63,714 bases of DNA, filler included, from Hyphochytrium catenoides (GCA_900088475.1; 6 parts of 6 records of this genome joined end to end with filler, not necessarily neighbours in it), one strand, 5' to 3'. Numbered from the whole stretch's first letter, positions 48,381 through 61,527 are shown. Numbers and translations are program-made. Notes: a model not told the origin generated them from the sequence alone.

Positions 48381-49124
48381 ATAAACCCGACTGGGTTCCC
48401 ATAATGTAGAGCTATTCTGACTATGCCAACTATTCCTAATAAACCATAAGATATTCAGTCATAGAGAATCCCTGTCTAGAACAGTCAGTCTTGATGGTAT
48501 TCCGTGGTACTGACCATAAGCCATAGTTATAAACAAGGACATTTCGTTTGCTTCATATCTCGGCTTCTAATAGGAGTTTGGAGCTGAAACTTGGGTAGGT
48601 AAGCCTACCAGGTTGTACTCCACATACCTGTGCCCTCAGACTCCAACACAGAGCACTTCAGTGTGTTCCTTGGCGAGCTTGGTGATGAACTTTACAGAGC
48701 TGGGTGGCAATGCCTGAAGCTTCTGTATGAGCACAATCTAGATGAAACGATAACAAAGGGACTTGGTATTGATGTGTGATGGAGAATTCTATGAATGATT
48801 CACTCAGTCCTGAAAGCCTGGTCTGGACTCGAGACCTTTTGCTCGGCCCAGCTTCCCTCATCATCTCTATCTCCTGTGCTGCTCCTGTGTTCTTCTGGAA
48901 ATTCTTCTCACATCCTTCTTTCCCATCACACAGGGTTACCCGTAACGTCTAAGTCTCTGAGAGCTAGGTGTGTATAGAGAGTGACTACTGTACTACTGAC
49001 AACGAACATTGTGGCACTCAATACTCCCCCTCATGCCTAGCTTCTCTGGATCATCAGTGGTGAGGGACGAAGCTAGGTGGGTAGTGGCAAGAGTACTGAC
49101 ACTAGGAGGGAGCAGGTATGATGC

Positions 49125-49161
49125 ATTGAATATAACCCCCAGTAAACGGCGGCTGTAACTC

Positions 49162-49202
<41 letters not shown>

Positions 49203-49304
49203 NNNNNGACACAAGTGAAAGACCATCCTTCATTCTTTTTATCGCTTACTCATGATTCAGACAAGAAATTCGAAGAATTCTGTCTTCGAGGACGGTGTAA
49301 ATTT

Positions 49305-49335
<31 letters not shown>

Positions 49336-49336
49336 A
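49125..49336 (+). rRNA. Organellar-type (probably mitochondrial) LSU rRNA fragment inserted in nuclear DNA
   Basis: ccccagtaaacggcggctgtaactctgacggtcctaaggtagcgaaattccttgtcgggtaagttc and ggtagtttgactggggcggtcgcctcctaaa are conserved bacterial-type LSU domain IV/V segments. Only about 210 bp, with non-rRNA flanks. Confidence 0.8.
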
Positions 49337-49485
49337 CCAACTACAAGGTGAGGACGCAGTGTCCGAAAGGGAGGAGCAGGTAAAGGCTTGATGAGGCAAT
49401 CGGCTACCATAGCTGTAGAGGGAGTATAGACCAGCTTAACTTTCCCATTGACGACCTTCTCTTGCAGGACACAGTGCTTGACATC

Positions 49486-49585
49486 NNNNNNNNNNNNNNN
49501 NNNNNNNNNNNNNNNNNNNNNNNNNNNNNTTAATTAATTAANNNNNNNNNNNNNNNNNNNNNNNNNNNNNNNNNNNNNNNNNNNN
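49486..49585. other. Artificial contig linker
   Basis: N44-TTAATTAATTAA-N44. Confidence 0.97.
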
Positions 49586-49744
49586 AGAGAGAGAGACAGA
49601 GAGAGAGAGACAGAGACAGAGAGAGACAGAGCAAAGTAGAGAGAGAGAGCGAAGTAGAGAGAGAGCGAAGTAGAGAGAGACAGAGAGCGAGAGAGAGAGG
49701 GAAAGGGAGAAGTACCGGTGGGAAGGGAGAGATCAAGGACTCAC

Positions 49745-50024
49745 CTGGACACTCTTGAAGCAGAAGCTGCAGGCTCTTAGCGGCGTGTCTCCCAGGTCAA
49801 GCTCCTTTCCGTTGATAAAGTTTGACGAGCAAGAGAAGCAGAAGATCTGACCGCAGAGGCGACAGTGGTGCCGGCGGAGAAAGAAAGAGAAAGGAGCATT
49901 GCACTCGTAGCATGCCTAAGGAAGGGAGGAAGATGACGACATTAGACGCTTTCCAAAGTCATTATGAGGTATAGAGGTGGCCTGACAGTGATCAAGATGG
50001 ACAATGAGGGAAGAAAAGGAGAGA

Positions 50025-50068
<44 letters not shown>

Positions 50069-50083
50069 GAGAGAGAAAGAGAC

Positions 50084-50128
<45 letters not shown>

Positions 50129-50133
50129 GAGAA

Positions 50134-50164
<31 letters not shown>

Positions 50165-52133
50165 GAGACAGAGAGACAGAGAGAGAGAGAGAGAGAGACA
50201 GAGAGAGAGAGAAAGAGAGAAGGAGCCAGAATGAGAGTAAGAGAGGGGGGAAGAGATGGGAAGAGAAAGAGGGAGAGAGAGAGACCAGAGAGAGAGAGAG
50301 AGAGAGAGATAAAACGAGAGGGCAAGGGGGTATATACAGCTAAGGATGGCAGTGGAAAACGCTCTCAAACCTTGCAACTCGAGTCTGGCATCCAAAGCTT
50401 GGTCAGCTCTCGAACAGAATTGGCAGCCACCGAGTGCCAGCCAGGAAGAGATTGAGGAGAAGAAGGAGATGGGACTGATGCGTCTTTGTCTGTGTAAGAC
50501 CTAGAGTAAGCTCGGAGAGAGTAAAGAGTAGAAAAACGCGAAGGAGAGGAGAGAGCCTCGCTTAAGGAAGTAGGGACGAGGGAGGGAATCGACGAGAATT
50601 GCAAGTGGAAGAGGAGAAGAAGAACTGAAAGATGAAGAGAATGGATTTAGTGCAGGAGAGCAGGAGAACGGAGAGACGTAGAGAGAGAGAGTACTATTAA
50701 GCAGTGAACAGAAGAAGGTAGATGTACCTCCAGACCCCGTTCCTTTGACTTGAGCATCTCTTCTTTCTCCTCTATCGCTGCGCAGCAGTTGAGTCTCACT
50801 CTCTCCTTTACCATCCAAGTTAGGTTTCAGCAGCTGGATGAAGAGAGCCAGCGTGAGGAAGAGACAAGACAAACTTAGAGAAGAGATATGACGTGAAACG
50901 CAAGCAATACTGAGAGACGTCCACAGCAGCTGGAAGAAGTGGTAACTAAACGAGGGAGAGTAAGAAGGTAACTTTCTGAGAAAGACGGCAAGGAAACATG
51001 CAGGCAAGAGAGACAAAGAGAGAGAGAAGGGCGGTAGTGAGTGAGCAGCCCAATAAGCGTGAGAGCGAGTGGCGGGAATAAGAGAGGAGAGAGACACAGA
51101 GACAGAGAGAGATTGAGAGACAGTGAGAGAGTGAGAGACAGAGAGAGAGGCGCAGAGCGAGACAGAGAGACAGAGAGAGAGAGAGACAGGGAGAGGACGG
51201 ATGGAGAGGTCGGCCGGGCTGTAGGTCTCTTGGTAAGCACCTTTACTCCTGCCTTGTTCCCTGGCTCTGGGAAGACCGTAAGTCTGCTAGAGCGAGGAGA
51301 GAGAGAAAGTGAGAAGGAGATTCTTGATAAAAGTAAGATGCAAAATGACAACGAAAGAGACGGAAAGGTGAGAAAGTAGGACGGCGGACGGAGCAGGAAG
51401 GCGGGTCTTAGATTCTATGCATGTCATCGCTGGCTTACCCACCTGGAAGGATCCTTGTCGACTGGAGTTAGAGAGTCAAAGACAAAGTGAGAAGGAGAGT
51501 AAAAAGAGGCCACGTAGGGCGCCATACAAAGAGGTACGGTGAGGGAAAGAGGGAGAGAGAGAGAGAAAGGGGAGGGGCGGTTGAGTGTGAGAGAGAGAGA
51601 ATGATGAAAAGAAAGAGGGGGAAGGAGGAGAGCAAGAGAATAAAAAGATGCATGACGATAGCTAAAAGGCATGCCTGAGGCATGCAGAGAGCGAAATCCC
51701 TGGGCACTGAATCATGAAGGGAATCTGCTGGCTGATTCTCTTCCTCTCTGTAATGGATATCGTCTCTTTCTCTTCTTCTTCTCCAACCTTCTCTGAGTCT
51801 CTCTCCTGTCTCTCTTTCTCTATTTCCCCTAGAGCGTGGTCTCTACCTGCTCGGTTGGCCCTTCCTTCCGAGCGCACAGGCACAGGCGGGGGCCGAAGGC
51901 AGCCTTGAAGCTCCAGACTTTTTCCTGTCATCTTTCCTGGACAGAAGCTTATTGGAGACTGAGTCCGATGCTTCCCTGCTTGCCCTTCGTCCTTCCTCTC
52001 CCTCTCTTTCTCTTCTTAAGATCTCTTAATAGGTCACGACAAGTGCCCAGAGAGAGAGAGAGACCACAGGATAAAAAGGATGATCTCTTACGGCTGTAAG
52101 ACTTTCCCCGGCGCCAGCAGGCACTCCAGCCAT
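49745..52133 (-). CDS. FYVE-domain protein, PIKfyve/Fab1-like N-terminus (truncated at the contig end)
   Basis: KLWMPDSSCK|..CYECNAPFSFFLRRHHCRLCGQIFCFSCSSNFINGKEL...LRACSFC. The spacing and LRAC motif resemble PIKfyve. Confidence 0.75.
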
Positions 52134-52419
52134 CAAGCGGGAAGCAGAAAAAAAAGAAGACGTTGAAAGGGGCGGGGCTGTGGAAGAAGATCTACCTAAG
52201 AAATAGAAGCCTAGGAAGAGAGAGAGAAAGAAGGAGAGAAGGAAGAGAGAGATAATATTGTTGAGAGTGAAAATATAAAGGGACTGTGACAGATACTTCG
52301 AAGGAAAGGAGACGAACGGAGGCAAACAAAGAGGGACAGGGAAGCCCACTTCAGACAATCCAGGGTAGACCGAGCACAGAAGCAGAAAGGGAGAGAGAAA
52401 GAGAGGTAATTAGAACGAG

Positions 52420-52451
<32 letters not shown>

Positions 52452-52880
52452 AGAGAGAGAAGAAAAAAGAGAGAGACAAGCAGAACGGTGAAAAGTGAGA
52501 AACAGCAAAGAACACAATAGCAAAGACATATGAGATCAGGCATGAGCACTGCCACCGGGAAGAGACAGATTCAAGACAGTGATAACAAGAGATAAGGGGA
52601 GCGGAGCAGAGAGAGACAGACAGAGACAAAGCACAGAGACCAAGAAAAATAGATAAGGGCTGGGCGAGGAACAAAGGAGAGAAACCCCGAGGGAGTAAGA
52701 GATGCAAGAAGAGTCAAAGGGCAAGAGAGAAAAGAAGAGAGAGATAGAGGGAGAGACAAAGAGAGAGACAGATAGCACCAGGGAAAGAGAGAGAGAGAAA
52801 GAGAGAAACAGAGAGGGAACAGGATCCCCAGAAGTGCAGGTAGAGCTTGAAGTTGATGGGCGGGGGAGTTACATTAGCTT

Positions 52881-53461
52881 CATGATTATCAATGGCAAAA
52901 GCCCCTCAGTTACCTCTTCTAGAGATTAATCACTGATTCCACTGAAGCCCAATAATACGCCCAACACTTGCCCGCCATGGTAAATATAACCTAGGTTTCT
53001 AGCGTAGTAATACCGTCAGGCAGAAGGGGTTACACANNNNNNNNNNNNNNNNNNNNNNNNNNNNNNNNNNNNNNNNNNNNNNNNNNNNNNNNNNNNNNNN
53101 NNNNNNNNNNNNNNNNNNNNNNNNNNNNNNNNNNNNNNNNNNNNNNNNNNNNNNNNNNNNNNNNNNNNNNNNNNNNNNNNNNNNNNNNNNNNNNNNNNNN
53201 NNNNNNNNNNNNNNNNNNNNNNNNNNNNNNNNNNNNNNNNNNNNNNNNNNNNNNNNNNNNNNNNNNNNNNNNNNNNNNNNNNNNNNNNNNNNNNNNACAC
53301 CACCTCCATGATTATCAATGGCAAAGGCCTCTCAGTTACCTCTTCTAGAGATTAATCACTGATTCCACTGAAGCTCAATAATACGCCCGACACCTGCCCG
53401 CCATGGTAGATATAACCTAGGTTCCTAGAGTAGTGATACTGTCAGGCAGAAGGGGTTACAC
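52881..53461. repeat. 155-bp diverged direct repeat flanking a 260-N gap; LTR-like end
   Basis: 52881-53035 vs 53307-53461, about 10 mismatches by hand count. Both end in ggggttaca (TGTAACCCC on the minus strand). Confidence 0.75.
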
Positions 53462-53783
53462 GCGGTCCGTTTCGCGCGGCTTCTACCCCTCTCTAATATT
53501 AACTATGGGCTGTCGCTTGCCAGGTGTATTTCTATGGAGATATTTTTACTTCCTCACGTCCCTGGCTAAAGAGAAAGGAGCTGAGGTGCCAGAGGCCAAG
53601 AGAGAAGAGAGACCAGAGAGTAAAGACAGAGATGGCAAGAGTTTGAGCTGATGGAGGGAGACAGAGCTGGACGAGGGCAAGGGAGAGAGAGAAAGAGAGA
53701 GAGAGAGAATGAGAGAGAGAGAGATGATGGACGGCGAGGGCATCGGCATCGGGGCGAAACCCAATGAGTAAGCAACATGACCA

Positions 53784-53824
<41 letters not shown>

Positions 53825-54135
53825 ACCAACCAGGTAACGTTAGACGAAGGGCATTGAGCAGCGGAGTTCAGCAGGGAAACGTGTGGCGAGCAGCAATTAT
53901 TCAGACGCCGCCGTGTCGCGCATCTGATCACTGGGAAGACTGTCAAATGGCAATGGACCAGCCTTGACCACCAACTGCACCAGCCTCCTTTGCAATCGAA
54001 AGCCGTCCAGAGAAGGCGACCAGAACTGAAAGTGGGTCGAAGTGCTGGACTGAGAAAAGTATAGAAGACCTCAGATAGAACAGCTAGCCAAGGGGAGGAG
54101 AGAAGACCCAAAACGGGCTCAAACGGCGCTGAAAG

Positions 54136-55849
54136 ATGACGGACATGTCTCTCTATGACGAGGACTTGGGCAATGCCATCCAACAGGCTCAGGATGACCT
54201 CGCGGTTATTAACAAGCAGAAGGGCGCTGAGCGCATGCAGGTAAGGCAAACCTCTTTCTTGTTGGCTTGTTCTACTTCGTGTTACCGTCGCGACTATATC
54301 TAGAACCTCTGGCGGTTGCGCTAGTCCTTCATTGGTCTCTTTTTCCTCTGGTGTCTTTCTTCTTCTGTTCTGTCCGCCTTTCTCTTCCTCTCGTATATAG
54401 CTCTATGTAAAGGGCTCTCGTGCTCTCTGCTTCTTGCACATCGAGGCTGCATATTATAGAGTCCCTTCTCTTTCTCTCAGTATATCTTTCCCGTTCTCTC
54501 TCAGTCTCTTTCATTGGCTCTTTTACCTCCTTACAGCAGACCTTCATCTGCATTGTTTCTCTCTCTTTAAGCTCCTCATCTCTACTTCTCATCGCTCACT
54601 CTCTTTCCTTGTGTCTCTCCAGTCCATCAGAAATTGCGAGAAGAAGCTGGGCAGAATCCGTAACATCAAAACAGGCTATAACCTCGAGCTGCGTCAGCTG
54701 CAGGACAAAGAGGAACAGAAGAGATACCAGATGGTAAGTCCTCTTTCTCTGTCTCCATCTCTCTTTCCAGTCTCACTTCTCTGAGAGCTCTTTCTCTCTG
54801 TCATTTGCACTGCTAACTCTCCCTGTTGCTGAATAAAAACTTATATCTTGGGCGGCTTTTCGACACTCCTCTCCACACCTTCTTTCTATGATCTATTTCA
54901 TCTTCCGCTCTGGCTCGTGTTGTTGCCTCCCATCTCCTGTGCCCGAGTCATCTCGTCCCTGGCTGTCCAGTCTCAGAGGCATCAGTCTTAGTCTTGCCCT
55001 CTGCTGCAATTTTGCTCTGTCTTCACTGCAGCGGTTGCGAGAACACGAGCAGGCGATAGCACAGATTTTGAATGATATCAAGTGGCTGAAGACGGAGGGA
55101 GAGAAAGGAGAGCTTCTCAAGGGTGGAAAAGGAGGTACACTGCATCTAATGTGACTCTCCACTAGAGGGTACTTCTAACAGATTGCTTTGCCCTCTGTTC
55201 TACGACTTGTATCCTCTTTTTTTCTCTCTGTCTCTCCCTGCTTCTCTTTACTCTCTTCCCACCTCTACTCTCTTTCGTCCCTCTTTCTCCTACAGCGGGA
55301 ATGACCAAGGAGCAGGCGGAAGTGGCGTCTCAAGGGATGGGCAACTCTGAGATGCTGGCCAGCACGCTGCAGGTCCAGGACAACACCAAGCAGTCGCTGA
55401 ATAACACCAAGATGATGATTGAACAGTCCAAATCGGTAAGTCCCGCAAATACTGTCTATCTCTCTGTCTTATTTACTAGCAGCGTTGCTCTTGCAATCTG
55501 TGCGTATCCTCGTCTTAGCTTTTCTCTATCTTGGTAACTCACTGGCTGTCTCCAACGCCCGCCTTCCCTTCCCTTCTCCTTTGAACAGGTTGCAGGCGCC
55601 ATCTCTGAGGAGCTGAACACCCAGAATAATCAGATTCTAAGCATCACGGACACAATGAACGAGATCGAAGACAACCTCACCAGGGCCGATAAGGTAAACG
55701 CTGCGGGAGACAGAGAGGACGCTTCTTCCATTCGCACCTCGTTCGGTCTTTCTCTTTCACTCTTTCACTCTTCCCCTTCTATAAAGTCTCAATGGCAGTC
55801 CTAGTTTATACCAAGCCTTCTGTTTCTGCTCCTTGGTACTGGTGATACG

Positions 55850-55891
<42 letters not shown>

Positions 55892-56251
55892 TCTCTCTTA
55901 AAGACACATGTCCACTGGCTGGCTCCTTAAAGTTACAGCCGCTCGCTGGTCTGACTTCTCTCTCTCTCTCTCTCTTCCTGTTCCCACTCTGTAACAATCC
56001 AGCTGATCCGCACGTTTGCACGGCGGATGCTGACGGACAAGATCATCCTTCTCTTCACACTCTTAGTCTTCCTTGGGATCGTCGGTATCATCGTCTACTC
56101 TGTCATGGTCCCTGATCAACAGACCTTCACAGTGCCAGAGGAGGCCAAGCCGCCCAGTCCCTGCCTAGCCATCAAGGACCCAGAAGCTCTAAAGATCCTA
56201 AGGTGTCCAACAACGGTGCCCGCTAGAAGGATGCTGCGAATGGGAGCTTGA
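54136..56251 (+). CDS. Qb-SNARE of the NPSN/Vti1 type, 6 exons
   Basis: Habc-like N-terminal exons, SNARE motif EELNTQNNQILSITDTMNEIEDNLTRADK|LIRTFARRMLTDK, and TM segment IILLFTLLVFLGIVGIIVY. Confidence 0.85.
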
Positions 56252-57100
56252 GAAGAGGGAAAGAGAGAGAGAGGAGTCGGAATGGAATGTATTCAATGTC
56301 TTGGAAAAAGAGAGGGAGACACAGCACAGAAGGAGATGTTCAGATGATCTTGGTCCTATCATTGGCTTTATTGTTAATATTAACTGTCAGATCTCCTTTA
56401 AGCAGTCATTTCTTTCTCACGCACAGCACTACCTGCTCCTCTTCGCTTTTTTGAATGAGAGAGGAGGAGGCCGTTGACAGGGTGGAGAATAGGGAGAGAG
56501 GGGGGAGAGAGAGAGAAAGGAGCCGAAGGAGAGGAAGATACATTCGAATGTGGAGCTATTTGAGCCCTGAACGAACTATAAGGGCTACAGTGCGAGGCGG
56601 AGAGAAAAGCACATGTGAGATTGAAAGGAGCGAGACAGCCAAAACATTCCTAAACATAGTCTCGCGGTTCTATATGGCGGTCCTTCCGTTTCTGGGAGAC
56701 CGTCGGGGCGCCAAGAGGTGCAGTGGCAACGCCAGCAGAGCAAAAAGAAAAGGGAGAGAAGAGAGCCATACTAGCAACTGAGGAAGAACAAGATGCCGTC
56801 GCAGGGAGAGATTTGAGACACAGAGAACAAGCACGAAGAGAAGGCACAGTATCTGGACATGCCGTGGCCCTGGCCATTCTCTCTTCAGAGAAAGAGATGT
56901 CTATTTGGGCATCTCTCTTCTGCACATTGGTCTCTCTCTCTTCTTTTCCGTTATGTCAGCTAAACTATTCTTAGGTCCATTGGCCTGGCTTATGCATCTT
57001 TGACTTGGGAATTCTCTTCACTTATTGCCACTCTGCAAAGCTCCAACCTGTCAGGAAGAAGATTCCGAAGAAGAGATTAAGAAGTGCGTCAATAGTTTGC

Positions 57101-57135
<35 letters not shown>

Positions 57136-57735
57136 GTCTCTCTCTCTTTTCCGTCACCCTTGACCACGCGAGATTTATTCTTTCTGCCTCCCCTACACTA
57201 TGAATTGCTCTTACTCTCTCCTGTCCTGGCCACTATGTACTGGCTTCTCCCGCTCGCGCACTCTCCCTCGTCTCTCTCTTTCCCGCGCTCACTCTCCTCC
57301 TTTCTCTGGTGAATAGACGCTTTCTTACCCCGAAACGTCCAAAAGATATGCCGGAGGGAGCTCTCAGATTTGCCGCGGGTTGAGGGAGTTGGGGAAGAGA
57401 GGGTGTCTGTCCTTTCCTTCCTTTCTCATCATCAACACGTTCCCTCTCAGTTGCCTACGGGGTTGCATTGTTAAGGATATGACTTCAGATCATTTGTTGT
57501 CTGCTGGGGCAAGGTCTCTTTCTAGTTGCCTCTCACTTTGTGCATACGCTTCAGTCTCTCCATTTTGGGCGCCTTTTCTCTCATGCAGTATGCTTGGTGT
57601 CTCTCTCTCTCTCTCTCTCTTGGTCTCTCACTCTCTCTCTCTCTCTATCTGTCTTTCTCTTCTTTTTCCTCCCCCGATCCGACCATTCTCTCTCCCTGTG
57701 TGGCCTCCGACCCCGTTATCTAGTATCCAATCCCC

Positions 57736-58565
57736 TCAGTCGCGAGGGGCCGGGCTTTCACTGACCTTGGATTTCTCCTTGTCCTCATCCCTCTCCTGAT
57801 TTCCTTTCGAGTCTCTCTCCTCTGACGCTCCTAGTCGACGCGAGGGTTCTTGTCGCCCTTTGGCAGGCTCTATTCGCTCATTTCTTCCAATGAAGTCAGC
57901 CTTCAACTTGCTCCTAATGTGCGGCTCTGCTCCTGGACCTTCTCCAGCTGTTGCGGTGTCTCCTTTTGGCTTGGTGGGGAGAGGAGAGGAAGCGAGAGAC
58001 TTCTTTGGGGGTCTCTGCACAGGAAGCGGGCTAACTGCTAGCCCGGTCACTAGAGAGACGACGGCTGCGTAAGGGTGGAGATAAAGAAAGTAAACTGACA
58101 GAGATAGAGAAGGAAAACGATAGCAAAAGAAAGAGGATGCCGCGGGAGAAGAGGAACAAGGTAAAACAACTCAGGGAGAGAAGAGACCGAAAGGGAAAAC
58201 ACACAGAGAAGAGACCGAAAGGAGAAGGAAGGATGTCCAATAAGAGCAGTGAGTGACGATGCGCCTGGCTGTAGATCCTCACCCGCGCTAAGCCTCTTGA
58301 CAACTAATCCGTCCTCTATCTTTGGATCAGGGAGAGAAGCACGGAGGTGATGGACCTCTCTCGCTCTCTCTGCTCTCTCTCTTTCTAGCTCTTCTCTTAG
58401 CTTCTGAGTGTGAGCTACAAGCGAGGAGAGAAGTGCCTCTTTCTCCTTCACCTGCAATGCGAGAAGAGCAGAGAATTCTTCCGCTGCTATCCTGTGGTCT
58501 TCGGCTTTCTTCCATTCCTGCGTCCGGCTCTCAAGCTCTTCCTCCAGCTTCCGCACCTTGGTCAA
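57736..58565 (-). CDS. 3' exons of a coiled-coil protein (5' part not in the contig)
   Basis: VRKLEEELESRTQEWKKAE...LREELERERAER exon, then a GT-AG intron and a Pro/charged terminal exon. Confidence 0.55.
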
Positions 58566-58980
58566 CTAGCAGAGAAGTGATAACGAACAAAAACGGGAGA
58601 TTGATCCAGAGGCATTCAGAAGAAGGGATAGGGAGGACAAGACAAAGACAAGAACGAGAGACAGAGGAAGTTAGCAAAGAGTAAAGCAGAGAGGAGAGAG
58701 AAGATATATGCAGGGCAAAGGTGTTGACGCTATGACGAAGAGGATATAAGACAAGAGGCAGATATGGCGAAGAGAGAGAGATAGGAAGGGATTGCAAAGG
58801 CAAGGAATATGGCGAAAGTGGGAGACGAAGGATATCGGAGACAGAGCACCACAGAGAGGAAGAAAAGGACAGACGGAGGGACAGCAAGCGAGACTACGGA
58901 GAGAGAAGAAGGAGAGAGAGAGAGAGAAGAAGGAGAAGAGAGAGAGAGAGAGAAGAAGGAGAAGAGAGAGAAAGAGAGAG

Positions 58981-59080
58981 NNNNNNNNNNNNNNNNNNNN
59001 NNNNNNNNNNNNNNNNNNNNNNNNTTAATTAATTAANNNNNNNNNNNNNNNNNNNNNNNNNNNNNNNNNNNNNNNNNNNN
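58981..59080. other. Artificial contig linker
   Basis: N44-TTAATTAATTAA-N44. Confidence 0.97.
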
Positions 59081-59313
59081 GAGAGAGAGAGAAGAGAAAG
59101 AAGATAGAAAGAAAGAGAGAGAGAAGATAAGAGGAAGAAGAGAGGAAGCAGGCTATCGTTGACCAGTAAGAGCAACGGAGAGAGCGCAGACAGAGTAAAA
59201 AAGGGAAGAGTAAGAATGAGAGGGAACAAGAAAGAGAACGAGAGGAAAAAGAGGGAGAGATAGGGAGAGAAAGATTGTGGCGGTCAAGAACAGAGGGGTG
59301 AACCGAGTAAGAC

Positions 59314-59358
<45 letters not shown>

Positions 59359-60703
59359 AACAGAGAGAGAGAGAGAGAGAGAGAGATTACGGCGGGAAGT
59401 CAAGCTGCACCTCTCGCGTCTCAAAACATTCCCTAAATACTACCACTACCACGGAAAACCTTATAAAGCCCTTAAAGCCGCAGGACTATTACTACGATCC
59501 ATTTTCGACCAGAATCCCTCCCTCTGAAAGGATCCAACAGATAGCCGTTAACCACTACCAATTTTCGGTCATGGGGTAACGTCCTCTCTTTTGCTGTAGA
59601 AATGCTAGCGATAGAGTCTTCACCACCCATGATCTACAGGGAACCCCTTCTCCTGCCTCACAAATTTTGCCCTTGTACAAACAATGATGAGCCTTAACAG
59701 GTGATTATCAGTTTCTAGTTACTTGGCGTAACACTCTTGCCAATTTGACTCTTTAGTGACGTATATTTGACACCAAATTGCTATATTTAAAAAGTACAGT
59801 ACCAACGCGAAGTAGTCCAAGCCTTTATTACGATATGCCAAGAGAGAGAGAGATGAGCTCTGTCAATAAACCTGAAGAACCGAAAATCCCCATATTTGAC
59901 AATGCCAAATTTGACAGGTTGAAACACCCCAAAGATCTGTCAGACTTGAAGAGTCTGCCTGTGACTGTGTGTCTTCATGTCTCCGCCATGGACGAAGACT
60001 GGGCCTCGAGAGCGTGACAGAGCGCATAAGGGAGTCTCATCTACTCATCGCTATGGGTTATTGAAGCAAGGACTTCAACCTTTAGAACCGGAGGACAGAA
60101 GAGCTGGGCTTACCTGACGCTGTTCTTCTGTGACCGCGAATCTATACAATGGGCGGTCCAAGCGTACCGTGCTAAACGATAGTAGATCGGTCCTCTCCAG
60201 TTATTCTTGGTGGTGGGGCACAAAAAGTTGCCAGTGCCTCCGTCGCGTCGCGCCTTAGAAGGCCAATCCGCCCTCCGCCTGTATGATTAGTCAATGGCTG
60301 CCTGCATGCACGCAAGCATTGCGCGTGCTCCACCCATAACCTAGCCTATCATGTGGACTCAAGACTGTCATTATTCGAGGAATCTCTCGCCTCAGGCAAC
60401 CTCTGTCCGGTTTGTCTTTTCGCAACCTTATAAATCAGCGTTGGAAGTTGCCTACTTCTCTTTTCTCCAAAATAGTAGCTGCTCCCTCTACTTCCATCTC
60501 TCCGCCAACAGGTCCTTGCTCTAGACCAAGGCTATTGACTTACCTGTGCATTCAGAAGGGAAGGCTCTAACAATAATATCTTAGCACAAGTACTTCTTAA
60601 GGAACACGGATGCACTCGCTCCAAACACAGCCATTAGGTAAGGTAAAGTGTGTCATTACTTTTTCTTTCTAAGGGTCATCGCCTTGCATAGGCACGTCTA
60701 GTT

Positions 60704-61527
60704 CTATCTATTCATGTCAAGCTTGTGCATCGGACTACCGCTTACGCCGCACAACCAAGACTCTCCGTCAAATCTATACCTCTTGACTTCAGGCGCCTCT
60801 TCTTGATCTGCCAACCATGACCGCAAATGCTCACTCTGCAAGGCTGATCTCTTGTCCATGCGATGCGTCTGGGAGTTACGCTTTATGAAAGGGTTGGACA
60901 CTCCTCCCTTTACGCCCCGAAGTGTGGGAGTCCTCCCATCTATAGCCATTGGACAGCTAAATAATCCTAAGTGCTGTGCCTAGGCCGCTAACGACTTGCT
61001 TCTCCTTACTTACGGACCGTTCTCTTGTTGGCCTTCGCATCAGGCGATTGTGAGCTTTCCTTTCCCGAAGGGTGAGCCATTGATGATGAATAAAGTTCAG
61101 CTTCCTCTATCCACTCGTATGCCTCTTGTTTCTTGGCTTCACTCTTGGACTTCGCCGAGGTCTGTGAGAAAGACTTTGAATAGAGCTCCGCCTCTTCCAC
61201 CCAGTCAAAGGTGTTCCTCTGTGTTCTTGGCCGGAGTCTTGACTGAAGAGTGCCACAGGTGCTGACAGATTCTGAAGTTTGGGCAGTGATCGGCGTGAGC
61301 TGTTGGCTTGACCTCTGGCTGGTTCCAGCCAAACTCTCTCCTCCTGAAACAGTTGAGAGCGCGCGGAGACCTTCCTGTTGGCAGTGGGAGATAAGCCGGG
61401 CGGACAAGCTTCTCTGGTGCTGGCGCATTAGGGAACAGATCTGTCTGCAGGCGCTGGGCTTCATCTTTGTAAGGCTAAGTCTTGAGACTTCTCTGCTGAC
61501 TATTTTGGCAATGTTTATACTGAACAC
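60704..61527 (-). CDS. Hypothetical protein with a mitochondrial-presequence-like N-terminus and a duplicated WxEEAELYS motif
   Basis: 173-aa ORF ends at a GTAAGT donor near 61012 and probably splices to ORF 60704-60949. Confidence 0.45.

Larger units (their letters stand above)
45596..48648 (-). mobile_element. Older solo LTR (split into 45596-45657 and 48381-48648) with CAGAG target-site duplication
   Basis: TGTTGG at 45596 and CCAACA ending at 48648. cagag lies at 45591-45595 and 48649-48653. The two halves reconstruct one LTR homologous to those of the inner element. Confidence 0.88.

Noticed and set aside
49125-49336. Functional rRNA gene
   Set aside because: Only about 210 bp, discontinuous, and lacking the rest of the operon.
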